Shown here: in pieces, positions 51,401-64,000 of the stretch
Layout of the letters: each line of letters opens with the position of its first letter
Numbering within the stretch: the stretch's first letter is position 1
Assembly: GCA_040954595.2 (NCBI GenBank)
Contig: CM082587.2
Location: forward strand, 6,995,705-7,059,704
DNA length: 64,000 nt
Source: Balanoglossus misakiensis
Lineage: Eukaryota > Animalia > Hemichordata
Direction of reading: 5' to 3'
Program-made: the position numbers and the translations under genes
Notes under the pieces: model-generated
Seen by the model: only the letters and a program-made list of their open reading frames with translations
What the model was told of the DNA's origin: nothing
Database searches by the model: none

Positions 51401-54400
51401 ATAAAATGCCACCCATTCTTCATAGTTGTTCAATTGGGACCGCAGGTGTCAGCTGAAGGGTGGCCGAGTAAACGTAAAGGTGACACTACGCCTGACCCCA
51501 TCAAGCCCATTTCACTGTGTGAAATTCCAGTCATACCGTACCACTGATTAGAATATGGGGCTGAACCTATTTATTAAGTGAAGTGATGAAAGGCCTTGCA
51601 AGTTGTGCAGATCTTGAATTTTTATGATAGGTTATTAGTTTAACAAATATCTGTATAAACGCAAAGAATTTTGCTTTTAACTTTGCTTTGGTGCGACATA
51701 TTATTAACCAGTCATTCCAGGTTCAAGGCGATCCGTGACGTGTTAATTTTCACTACAATCGGCGAACAATTTTGGACTCGGTAATGAGGGCTGTTATCTT
51801 GGACGTCTTAAAGCCTTCTGCCCAGCTGACAAGATAAAATCCCTTTAAAGACCCATTTAGGGAACCATTATGATACCATACATGTACTTATTATGGTCTT
51901 TTAGATTAATGCCCGGGCCACGCACAGTCATGCTCTAAAAGATTCTAGATTACAAGATCTTTGATAACCTCGTCAGACTTCACTTCCTACAGTTTCATGT
52001 ATGACCTCACATGATATTCCAGCTGTGCACATACAAACAGTGCAATAATTATGACCTTCTGGTAGCTGCAAGGAAATCTTAACGGGAAAAACATCTTCAT
52101 TATACAACAAAAGTCTGAAAATGCTATGATGTCATATTTGATGGGCTAGATGAACAGTCCACTAGGTGGCTTTATTTCTGTGGACAAATGTTTCTTCAAA
52201 AGAAATAAAAGTCTCTGATGAATTAAGTTGTGAGAAATTTTACATTGACAGTCTAAAAGAAGCTGTTTACACAGTAAAATGGTCTCACGTCCATTTGGGA
52301 CAGTGATGCACACTTAAACCGTGTATATTTAAACAGTTAAATGCAGTTGCATCTTAATAATCTGAAAGTGAAAGAGCTGACTCTGAATCATGGGAGCATG
52401 CAAATTTGGTAAAACAATCCTTTGACTAGCTGTGACAGAACAGACAACCTTGTTACTGAAGAATTTGCGGCCACTTTATTACAAATTAACCCCAGCAATA
52501 CCATACAACTTGTGCTCACAACTCACGGGGTAATAACCTTACAATTGGAAATAAACGAATAGCTTTCTTTTCCTTCAGAACCAAGATACAACTGGTATTA
52601 ATTTTCGTGCGTGGTTACTGAACATTAATGCAATTTATATGTCCAATTTCTCTCTATTCAGGAAAAAAAATGGTCGACAATCATCTGTGCTGACGACTGT
52701 AATTCAATGGATACCCGGAGACACTACCAATGGATCTGACTTTTGTGTCATCACCACTAAATTGATCTTCTCATGGTACATTTCCAGCAAGGGGAAAAAA
52801 TGACAAAATGCAATCAACTGAATTTCCAGGATATCCTACATGTCGTTGCGGCAGACAGCTGTGGACTCTGGGGAATGGAATGACGCAGAGTGGGAAAGGC
52901 TTACACATCACTTTAATATGGAATCGCTGTCTTTCGCCAGTATTACATTATTTAAAACAGACTAGAAGACCACAGTCTGTCAAGGCTTTTCCAAATCACG
53001 CCTTGCAGGTACAGTGTATTAAACAGTCACAATGCCCCTGCATTTCATATACTCGAGCCGTGCACACAGGTCTGTACAACCACTTTTTTCCTGTTGCTAA
53101 TTTTCCAATTAGAAAATGGGTTTTTAATGAACAGAATTTTTCCCTACAAGATTTACTGATGGGTCATATATGCAGAAAATTTCAATCAATGTGGTAATAA
53201 TATTTGCCAGTTTTTCACAACACACCTCGTAACATTCTAGTTATTGAATTGGTATCAACACAATTCTTATATTAGCAACAACTTTGCAATTCTGATGTCA
53301 TTGCTTCTAATATATCCTCCCTGGTCTCAGTCTTTGGAGTTATCATCGTTCCCTACCCCACTTTCCTGATTATTCTGTTAATACACAAGTCTGATTAATT
53401 TATATAATGTACCAGTACTTCTATCCTTATCACTCATCAGCTTTTTCTCTCAATAATGTTGAAGTTTTTGAGGCTGTCTCTATGTGCAGCTGGTTACAAG
53501 TGCTGCACTGGGAACTCCCAGGGTCCAGCAAGGCCAGCATCCCCCTTACAAATTTACAGCAGATACCAATATGCAAACACTTCTGTTTCAATCATGCCAA
53601 ATTGGATGGTTGGCACTGAGGAAATGCATGTATAAATGTACAAGGACGTCTAAGGACTGATGCATAACTGTGTAAAAGCCAACTGAATCAGGACGCAAGC
53701 TAGATGAAACTTCTCTTGAAATAAACAGCATGAATCCCATAATCGATGCAGACAGTCTGTCTGTGGATACCACATTTTCTGTCGCAGGGGAAAACCATGG
53801 ATACCATGTTTTAACCTGGAGCGACATTTATATAACAGACAAATGTGAGACGCTATTACTTTCATAACGAAAGTGCACTTAGGAAGTACCATGCAGTCAG
53901 GGGTAATTAAATACCATGGGCAAATAATTTCAACTTGTGTTGCTATGGAAACTATTCAAAAAGTTGCACATTTTTCATGAACTCGGTCATGTTACCTCCT
54001 CAAGCAAAATTACTCGGTCGTTAAGGGGGCTAATGATTAAAAAAAATGCTCGTAAAATAATTAAGAAAAGTTGAGAAATTGAAATAAAATTAGCATGCAA
54101 AAGACAGGGCATGAACTGTGGGCAAATATATGAAAATGGCTGTCAAGCTCACTAAGTCAGCAGTTAGATTTTAGCTATTTACCATAATCTGAATTTTTAA
54201 CCTCGAGACCTTCAAGGAAAAACGGTTAAGGGAATTCTTTTAAGATACATGTACATATGATCTAATATGACATGGCTACAAAGTGATCATACCAACAAAA
54301 AAATGCCAGGCAAATATAAAGCAAAGAATTATGGGTAATTATCAGCAGTGCCAAAAGCTCTTGAAAAGTGTTTGTTTTATAGTACTATGTTTGAAATCCT

Positions 54401-57400
54401 AAGAGGCCTCAGGGCAACTCTTCTGATGAAAATGTCATCGATCAAATTTGATCAACAGTAAAGCAAGGTGTGGGTCAGCTGTAAAATGTGTATGAATAGA
54501 AGCCGCGGGGCACGACAACCGTTGCGCTTCCTCTCACGCAAAAGTTAAATTACCAGTCAAACTGACTGTAATAAAAACGTGAAAATTAAATTTGTTTCCG
54601 AAATAAGCTTTACTTGATAAAAGAGGACCCACACTGGTAGCTTTACATACTCGGACAGGTCACCCGGTGTGTGCAGATAACAGGTGCAGTTTTTGTTTCC
54701 TGAAAGAACTTGGTTGATGCGTGACTAGAAACAAAACTCGAAAGCTGTCGTGTTTCTGTCAATTTTTGTATAAATCTTTCTACAGATCTGAAAGTGATTT
54801 CAAGATGAATAGCTTAGTTGTGGACTCGCTTGTTACATGCTGTTCACTCTCAGTGTAGTCACGCTGGACGTAATCAAATACCTACTGTACCCGGAACAAA
54901 GTCAATTTGCTGCTAATGAGTACATCAAAAATTTCTACACTGTCAGTCAAACATTTGAACTATTCGACGCAATCAGTTTATTTGACAGGTGTAGGCCAGC
55001 TGTACTTTGGCACGACTGAAAGAACGGTGCTTGCTGGAATTGTTGATCATGCTGGAATAATGCATCTGTGTGCTAAAAACACTCGGAACATCGATAATTA
55101 AAAGGGCAATTGAATCCGCAATATGCGACGTTTTTCCAGTATCTTTATTCTGTGTATCAACTGAAGTCTCTCTTTCTTTCTCCTTAAAGCATGTTCAAAC
55201 ACCAAACACTGAGCTTCCCAATAATGCATGTATATATGAAAAGTGCACTGTGTAAACAAAAATTTGTAAAACGATAAAATGTCTGTAACAGCAACAAGAT
55301 GAACATTTTGAAACATTAAACATTCACTATTGAAACTAGAGAACTCTGCTTGAAACTTTGAACTACTCCTCTTTTCATGTATTTGTTTGACAACTCAATT
55401 ACTATATTGTTGCCACTTCTTTAGATAAGACTTTGAAATATCTTACCCTTGACTCGCTGACTTACTGTAAATGATTGCCTCCTGCACTGTGCATGAGCAG
55501 TTTCCAAGGAGACGATTTTGTGATGAAGGCTACAGCAACTCGGGCCAAACTGATATGTAATCACATTCCTTGCAATACCTTGACACAAACCTTGGTCACA
55601 CTGACCTACTCACTGACGGCATCGCCACTCGATGTGCATGCGTGGTCTAGCATTAAATGATGTGCAATAATCAAAAGATAGCAGTGTGGTTAATTGACAA
55701 TACTTCCCGGAGGCTGATGTTCAACTACAAAAAATGGTGGTGATTGTCAGTGTTGGAAGTTCATGTTGTTATACCGGTAGACAAAAATATCTGTACACAT
55801 TTGTATTTTCAACAACTATTACACACACCACCAGTTTTAAACTGCAAGTCTTAAAAGCCAATACCCGAACAAACTGATTGATTATTCAGTATGAAATCAA
55901 CAATTTACCCTCACAACAGTAGAAACACTTTACACTTTGTCAAAAGAAATCAATTGGGGATTTTTCTTTCAGTTTGATCGATCATCACCACCTTAACATT
56001 CACGGCAAGACAGTAATCATCCCTATATTGCATTCAACAATACAACATCTTTGCAGCTGCTAGCAATTTTATTTTACATTTAGCTTCTCTGTGAAATGTC
56101 CAGTAAAGGTGCAATCAGAAATTATATGGCCTGCTGAAGGCAACTTAACAGCCCGCCATAATATACTTGTGTTTGCCGTCGCCCACACTGTAAAAATTCA
56201 TGTATAGGTTTTATGTTACAGTTTAATTGAGGGGACGAATGTGGTGAATTGACGATTTTAACCTTTTGGTAATGGCAAGGGGTTTATAATTACACTCAAG
56301 CAGGTGTTGGCATGCTTCATAGAATTTTCACTTAAAAGCCTGTGCCACGGATTTGTTTCTGTCAATAAATTTATATGTAGGTGAAGTTTTTGCAGAATTT
56401 CATCATCATGTTTTTCTGCTGCCAGTTTTCTTTGATACTAAGAGACACATTTTTCACATTTCCCACATATTTATCAAATTTCCCATTCTATAAACATTCT
56501 CACTTTCAAATAAATGGCGGTGCAGTTATATCGTTTCTGCAAGGGGTCATACGTATGCATTAATGACACGTCTGTGAAGCAAAATTGGTTTTTACGTTTT
56601 TGTGAGCAAATACAAAACATTCTGAAGTCTGTTGTCAGCAACAAGCAATTTCAACCGGAACTATTCTGTAATGAAATATTTACTGAGCCACTTAGGATCG
56701 TTTTCTGAATTTTCCTGAAATTTTTGATGATTCGACTGATGTTTGCATACACGCTGCAAGGTATTGAAATTGGAAAATTGAAAGTCACTCGCGTGCAGAA
56801 AATAGAAAATGTCTACAAAATGAAAAAAAAACGGACACATCCTGGAAACTCAAGAAGGAGGTCGTCAGCAGTTTATGAAGCAAATTACGGCGCGATAGAG
56901 AAGGCTAATGAAATCTGACTTTGCCGTGTACAAGTAAAATGATGTCAAGCCCTGGGTGAAAACAAACACTGGTTTGTGAATTAGGCTACAGAATGACTTC
57001 AGGTGCGAGTTTTTGGATTCAAAAGATGTTTTCAATTTCTTTTTTCTGCGACAAAATTTGCTCAATTGCCAATACAGTAGGTACAGTTAAATTGAGTAGA
57101 TTTATCAAACGATACTAATGCACTAGTAGCATGAGTTTAACACCATTTATATTCAACCATACCATGTAATTTGTCTTCACTTGTATGATTTTGTCTAGCT
57201 TCGTAGTCATGTATTTTTTCTTCATTTATGTTGTTTGCATTTTTATCTTCTTTTTTTGTAGGAGATGCCTGTTAAAACCAATTGCTCCTGTTATGAATAA
57301 CATAATAAAATAAAATAATACACCATATGTGTCACTTGATATAACTAGGAATATTGGAAAACTGCTCACACAAAACTTTGTGCTTATTCAATATCCAGTT

Positions 57401-60400
57401 TGATAAAAGTTATAAATCCAAATTTGTCATGAAAACATTATGACACTCTTTGAAATTCACTGCAGTTTTAGTCAAACTCTCTTGACCGAGCCACGTGTAA
57501 AATTTCATGAAAAGACAAAACCAGAAGTGGGTTTTCCAGCGACCGACATGGAAAAGTCAAATTCGAGATTCTTGTTGCTTGTACAGCCCTAATGCATCTT
57601 CCATAAATTAAAAGGAGTGCGATAATGCTTCTTCATGAGTACCGAGATCTCACGACTTATGTAATGTAAATGCACTATTAACCCAAATGGATTTGCTGTA
57701 TAAATGTTACATGAAACTTGCACAGCCACGCAAAGTCATCAAACCCATCAAATAGGAAAACAAGTTGGGCTGTGTTCGGAATTTCAATACATGCTAATAG
57801 GGGTTGTATTTTATGCAGAAAATGTAGTAGTATCCTTTTAGCCTATGCAAATACCGCCTAAGGCATAAACTTGCTTTTATCAGTGTTATCCGGAGGTATA
57901 CACCTGTAATGTAAATCACAATGCACTGGCTTTTCTGTGGATATAGTGAGAATGGAGCCGGGTGAGAGCTTCAAATTGAACAGAACAGACAGGCTATACC
58001 TTATCCTGGTGAATAACGGTGCAGCATCTTGTACTTTTTCAATTTCAAATAAGAAAATATGTCTGTTTGATCTCGGGCGTAGGAATTAACACAGTGCCAA
58101 AACTGAATCATTTTACAAACCGTAACTTCTGAGATATATCTGGCATATTGATATATGTTGGTTACCTTTTGAGACATGTTCTCACAAATGCACATGTTGC
58201 CTATTGCCCGATGAAATAACAACACAAATTCACTGCATTTCAATGACTGCAGGAAGTAGTGCATAAAATGATAGTAGTATACCCAGACAGATATGATTAA
58301 TTCATGTTTTTAAAGGATAAACCAGGATAAAAGTTGATAAAAATACATTTCAAGAAGATAGCATTATAGCTACTGGTGCTCTTAAGATACGACAAAACCT
58401 CTAATTCTTTGAATGCAAATACTTAATCTGTATATTTTATGAGACTTTTATCTCCCATCTCTGTTCTTTGAGAGATGTTCATTTTGACTAATGAAAGTTT
58501 TCCCCTCCCAACTTATTTCAGTAAGTGATATCCATACATCTATCTATCCACCAGTACTGACTGGTGCAGCTACTGATCCATACCGGTATATCAATCAAAA
58601 CACAGAATCCAAGCAGCCATCTAGTAATCCATTCATCCATCCATGGTACTTTACTCTTCTGCACATTAATCCGTTTATCTAAGATCTGTTTATCAATCTG
58701 TCAATCCATGTAGACAATCTACCTAGCCCTCTATCCTTCTACCAGTATACCGGGTATATAATACATCTATCGATCTATTCATTCATCCATGTATATCATG
58801 ATTTGCATATGATAGTTGGATCTGCCTGATACACACAAACTAAAGGTATATGCTAAACTTTACAGCTTGACTTTAATCGTACTTTGTCGTATGTATAGTT
58901 TAATATGAGTCATTTTTACATTAGATGGCACTGCTGGGGGTGATGACCATGAGTTTTCTTTTCAGCACAATCAAGCAGTGCTGAAAGCTGACATGACGCA
59001 AAGAAGTGCACTGGAGACTATAGCTCCTGTTCACATTTTGTATAAAAATATGACTTTTTTGAAATGTACAATGTACCACACATATTTGCACTTTATCAGT
59101 TTAGATTTCACATGAAAATTTAATATTTGCAGTTTTCTTCACATACTGCATGACTGTAATGTCATGAATTGTCGCATCTGTAGCAACGATGTAATCAGTT
59201 TTTTTTACTATACACAAAACATGTTAAATATTGTTTTCGCCTAGTATGAAACTGACGTTGCAAATTGAATATTGTCTTAACCATCAGCTCATCACCACCT
59301 GAACAGACCAACACCAATTCAACTGTACAAACACAATCACCAGTTGGCATTGAAAATCAGCCAATTTGCCCACTACACAGTACACAACGAAGCTGTCAAA
59401 ATGTTTTACTGGTCTTCTTAGGGGAACTCGAGCTTTGTGCACATAAATTGCAGACAGGTGCACTTGAAATACTGCCAGACTGAAGACAGCTTTATGGCAA
59501 GTCAAACTTCAGCGGCGTTCTGGAAAAGTGGATGATTGAGTTCCACCGTGTACAGCATGTACAGGGAAACATCTTTCAGGGGGATATTTACCGCACTTTG
59601 ATAGTGTCGCCCGGTCGTCTCATAAAAAAATGCGAAGTCCGTCATCAAGCGAGAGCCAGACAGGCTTTAAAAACCCAAAGAGGACGTTGTATATCATTTT
59701 GACCGCTAATCACCAACATGGCCGCCATAGGACGCCGGCATCACCAAAAGAGATAAAAGTCGAAACACACAAAAAAATGTTACGTGTGTAGCTCACAGTA
59801 AATGCAAAGTAAACGGCGATTACGGTAAAATCCTGGGACTGTTATCTCCGAAGTGCAGACTGTTTGACAATCATCCATTGCATGGGAATCGTTATCACCG
59901 ACATGGACACAGGGAACTTCCCCTTGCTTTGAATAATTGACTATTTAGATGTCTGTCGACGTCAACGGTATACACGGTATCTTCCCGTCTGTCGGCTAAG
60001 TTTCCCGTTTTTCCAGCGAATCATCGTTACACACATAAAAGCAAAGTCTGCTAGGATGGTTAATGTGCTTTCATGAAGAAAATTGGCCTTTAGGTTCTTG
60101 AAACGTTGCCAGGTGACAGAACTTGTTAGAAAGTCTCTAAGATGCTGCAAAGCAGTTATGGATACAGCAACTCTTTCAGGTCCCAGCTTTTCAAGCTTCT
60201 GTTGCATTTTAGACTTTAAAAGAACTAGGGTGCCAATGGCTGTATATGGTATTTCAACAGGCAAGCTGTACAGTTTCAGGTCTCTTGTGGGATATACCGG
60301 GCTACTTGCTGTATCTGAAAGTTAATTGTAATCTTGTGCTGGCAATAATAATCCCCGGTGCAGAGAGCGCACAACGTTCCGTGGGCATCGAAGAAATCCC

Positions 60401-62598
60401 CAATGAAGTTTCACAGGAGATAATCTATCATACTGAAAACTGCCCGCATTGCAAAGTGAGCTCAAAGTGTTTCAATAATGTAGAGCTGTGAAGCTGGTAT
60501 ACCCTCTGGGGAAAAGTTCACAGACATCATCAGTTTATGTTTCCCAGGTTTTTTGCTTCAAACATTTAGTATGCATGCCATTGGCGCTTGTATGTGTGTG
60601 TGTTTGGATAAATGTTGCCAGGATGCGAACAAGTCTGATGCTTTGAATAATGTATGTATGCTGCATTGCAAACAAAACAAAAAACAAAACAAAAAAAAGA
60701 TTTCCAGATAGATTCCACATACACATAATGTCCATTTAAAAGTCACTAGGTATCATCAGCCTATGGAACACAAACCATTACACTCAGTAATACATATACC
60801 GGTATACCTATGGGATATGCAATTTAATGGTTCCTGGCAGTCATAATGGCTCACACAAGCAAACTACAGACACATTAACTGCGCAAACAGAACATTTTGA
60901 ACAGTTTACATGAAATCTTTTCCACTACAACACAGTTCAGCCTTTCTGAACCTTATAGACCTGTATCTCATAAACTTCGGCATAAACACTAACTGGTTTA
61001 ACAGACTCCCTCAACATCCTATATATTGATTGCTATGATGAATGGTCAGCATAATACAAAGTTATAACAACCACATTATTTGCATGATGTACATTGTACA
61101 TTGTTGTGGGCCTTTACGGTACTTTGACAAGCTTGCAACTACAGTGTCATATGGAACCTTGCAATACCTGCAGCTAGACATGTTGACCCCAAGTTTTAAG
61201 GTTAAAGAGAATTTTAAAATGTGAGATTTAGGCCACCTGCACGCAGATCCAATTGCTTATAATCAATCCCACTTCTAGTTTTCTACATAAGCTGGATTTC
61301 TTTATAATTTAAAAGCACAATCATATCATGTACTGGTACACCTCATATAAAATAGCAATAAAACAGAAAACAATTTGCAAAACATGCCCAAATCTGCAAC
61401 TTTACGTAATACGCCCTGAGGATGTATATTACACTTTGCTCACAAATCTCATCAGTGAAGACATGGAATTTAATCTGCAGAGTGTAATAAATCTCGCCTG
61501 GGTTGGTGATGAGTGGGGCATCATGAAAATTCAACTGCCTCTGCTCAGAAACTTCCGGAGGTTTGAAAGATGCCCAGATAAAAGCCAGTGGGGGGGAGGT
61601 GGCAGCATCTATGCAATTGTCAGGAGGAATTGAATTAATAATCACGCATACAGTCGGGGAGCCGACAGTTGTGCGGTAACGAAAATAGATTGCCAACACT
61701 CAGACGGGGAATGCATCATTCACTGCGGTTGTATAACCCTGTGGGCGGTGTTCTCGGCCACAATAAAACCACCCATGGCAACGGGCGCCATCGGTGGGAC
61801 ACCACCACAACAGGGACCAACGCTAGACGCGCACACCATCAATCACGACCCAGAGGTGTTGTCTGGCCGTATATCACACTACACGCACCCTAAAGCGCTT
61901 AACTTTTACACGGATACATTTACGTCACGACACTCTCTAGACGACACAAAAATTCATTCTTTGTTGCTCAAATATACTCTTTTTCTGGCGAACTGTCTCT
62001 CAGTATTAATCTATTCTATGCGGTGGTTCATCTTCGAGATTGCAGAATTGTAGGATTTTAATCAGGCAATCCGCACCCTCCTAGGTATAACCACCAAGTC
62101 CATACATTATTAGACTACAATCTTGTAGTGTATTGTGGTTATTTTAAACTCCTAAATCCGCCCTTTAAAGTTGTGGCATAAACCCTTGAAATACAAGCTA
62201 AATCAGTCTACCGGTACTGAATTATCAATGAACATTCGTCCAAGAATTTTATTACACCAATTCTCTTTACACTGCGCAAATAATATGGTAGTTAAACTGG
62301 GTATGCCAACGAATAAAAGCCCCACAAATGCAGAATGGTGTCCTTGTTAAAAGTTGCTGAAACACTCATCATACACCATCCACTAACATTTTACTAATAA
62401 TCTCACGTCGAGCAACTAAAATGGTCACCGCTGACAATGCAAATACAAGATGTCATAATATTTTTTTTCACATTTCTCCCACTTGACTTACCTTGATGCA
62501 GACACAGAGAGAAAATGGTATGGTGATAAAAAACAAAAACCATGAGCAAAAGACAAGTACCCATCCACAGCAACCTATGGAATAGTCTGGATCACCCG
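33415..62598 (-). CDS. STOM: Stomatin / MEC-2-like band 7 (SPFH) protein, 5'-incomplete in window
   Basis: Exons (minus) 62598-62492 ([35 protein letters not shown]), 44496-44424 ([24 protein letters not shown]), 37901-37819 ([28 protein letters not shown]), 36408-36205 ([19 protein letters not shown]...), 35019-34964 ([18 protein letters not shown]), 34548-34470 ([27 protein letters not shown]), 33995-33826 ([11 protein letters not shown]...QLRYLQTL...[13 protein letters not shown]), likely last exon 33433-33415 (SGLMKK*). The start codon was not found; it is presumably in an exon beyond 64000. Confidence 0.95.
34280..34468 (+). repeat. Diverged family C copy ending in an ACAG-rich tail (possibly Helentron/HINE-like)
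   Basis: gactcaaactcacgcaggactcaagtaaattatc...tagggctga...aagaaattctcaaat followed by acagacacacagacatagcaacacacatagcaacagacagac. Confidence 0.5.
36480..36570 (+). mobile_element. Helentron/HINE-like 3' end: ACAG microsatellite plus 13-bp stem-loop
   Basis: acagacagacagaac followed by AGTCCCCGATTCT-n11-AGAATCGGGGACT (36527-36563) and an A-rich tail. Confidence 0.5.
38644..38703. repeat. (ATCA)n tetranucleotide microsatellite
   Basis: atcaatcaatcaatcaat... directly visible. Confidence 0.9.
41186..41294. repeat. Inverted-repeat element (15/16-bp arms)
   Basis: cataaaatacagccat (41186-41201) ... atggctgtattttgtg (41279-41294), with internal ttggacgac/gttgtcca complementarity. Confidence 0.55.
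44131..44180. repeat. Exact 24-bp tandem duplication
   Basis: acagtcacaaagttatagtacagc x2. Confidence 0.9.
44323..44414. mobile_element. Second copy of the TTAA/CCCTTTCACC MITE
   Basis: cccccagttccctttacagaggtccaaccttactataga...tttggactaaaccacggtggtgaaagggttaa aligns with 28338-28430. Confidence 0.7.
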
Positions 62599-63529
62599 CT
62601 GAAAAAGAAAATGAAATAAGAAGTTGTGAGCATAGTTGTGTTCTTTAAATGTCTTTGATGAAACCTGGACAGAAAGCAAAGAGTTCAACATACTGGTGTT
62701 AACTCCGAAAAATCCTGATCAAATTATATACAATGTTTTTCTAAAATGATGTTCAAAATATTGGCAAACCTAGCTTCAACAGTATATCCATTATAGATTG
62801 AATGCATTTCATCCAAGCCGTCTGCACAAATGCTTGTCATATCCAAATGCAGCCATTGCTTATCAGTTTGTAGGGATTTTTTTTTACCTCAATCGACATA
62901 GAAAATTCCTTTCACACTTATTTTGGTGACTGCGTATTTCTTTTGATGTGTGCATTGCCGAAATCTGCACATTAGTACAAACAAATTTTACAAATTTTGA
63001 AATATGCACTGTTCCCAAGTGTTTTCACTTCACTCCTAAATCGTTGACCATGGTTGCAGAAAGTTAATGAGATAAGCCCGAGTAAAGCCTCCAGCGACCA
63101 CTTGTCAGTAAATTATCTGTAAGGAGAACTCCCCGGGGACCTCAAAAGGGAGATTCCCTTATTTCCAAGGCTACAGATTTACCGGTAGACCGAAAAACTA
63201 ATCTCAGAAATGTGATGAATTGCGAAGATAGCAGGAAAAAAATGCTCATGCAAATGGAAATAAATTAACAAAACGGACATGCTGAAGATTTGGGCGTGAT
63301 TATCAAAGCGTGCCACATCATCATCACAAGCGAGTATCTTCCAGCCCGTTTAATAGTGCTTATTTGGTGAGAACCTGACTTATTTCAGGTGGTTTACCTG
63401 ACAGAAATATCTTTAAATGAAGCAGCTACATACAGATGGCAATTTCAATACTTTCACTGGATGTATCAATTAATGTGAATTGAATATCAATACAAGAACT
63501 GATTTAAATAAAAAGTTTTATCCTTTTTT

Positions 63530-63643
63530 GATGATGATGATGATGATGACGATGATGATGATGATGAAGATGACGACGATGACGTAGATGATGATGATGA
63601 TGATGATGATGACGATGACAAAGATGATGATGATGAAGACAAA

Positions 63644-63675
<32 letters not shown>

Positions 63676-63680
63676 CGATG
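63530..63680. repeat. (GAT)n trinucleotide microsatellite, imperfect
   Basis: About 50 GAT/GAC units; the source of the spurious poly-S/poly-I/poly-M ORFs. Confidence 0.95.
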
Positions 63681-64000
63681 AACTCATACAATATATATAT
63701 ATCCCGCAACTCTGATACCCCTCTCTCACTGATAGCAAAATTGCGTAAATCACTAGCAGAATATGATATTACACATCAATTTGCTCTGTTGTCATGGTAT
63801 CCTACATGTTCCCAAGATCCATGTTGCGGAACCCCCTCGCAGTTCCGATTAATCATACATTGACATTATTGTCAAACTGTAATTACAATCTGTCAACCCT
63901 GGGACATTTCTGAAAGACATTTTGGATTATTGATAATCCCAATTCTATCAAGGATGACAAACACAGATACTTTATCTTGTTTTATGTATCAAAATAATTA

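Noticed and set aside
63487-63863. Poly-Ser/poly-Ile/poly-Met ORFs
   Set aside because: Artefacts of the (GAT)n microsatellite; no coding context.
1-64000. CRISPR arrays, rRNA, prokaryotic operons, autonomous transposase or RT ORFs
   Set aside because: None visible; the sequence is spliced metazoan DNA with only short non-autonomous elements.

Overview
Eukaryotic, intron-rich, AT-rich genomic DNA of an invertebrate animal. The repeat style suggests a marine deuterostome or lophotrochozoan, but the species cannot be fixed from sequence alone. I reconstructed four spliced genes by hand, all with GT-AG introns and consistent phases. (1) A discoidin-domain receptor tyrosine kinase (DDR; +, 12 coding exons, 11371-17564, ~932 aa). 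(2) An NB-ARC/STAND ATPase-TPR (NLR-like) gene with no N-terminal effector domain (-, 4 coding exons, 20431-23748, ~865 aa). (3) ACTR5/Arp5 (+, 16 coding exons, 24692-30670, ~721 aa), head-to-head with the NLR-like gene. (4) A 5'-incomplete stomatin/MEC-2-like gene (-, ~33-62.6 kb) with very large introns and candidate alternative last exons. Most ORFs in the supplied track are shadows or chance ORFs. The most interesting element is the 'headless' NB-ARC-TPR protein. It carries a Q/N/G-rich, RHIM-like insertion inside its NTPase domain, and its ~400-bp bidirectional promoter holds a near-palindromic NF-kB site and a perfect DR4 element. Other points are inverted MITEs flanking ACTR5 exons 10-13, a shared bidirectional poly(A) signal, and alternative stomatin termini.
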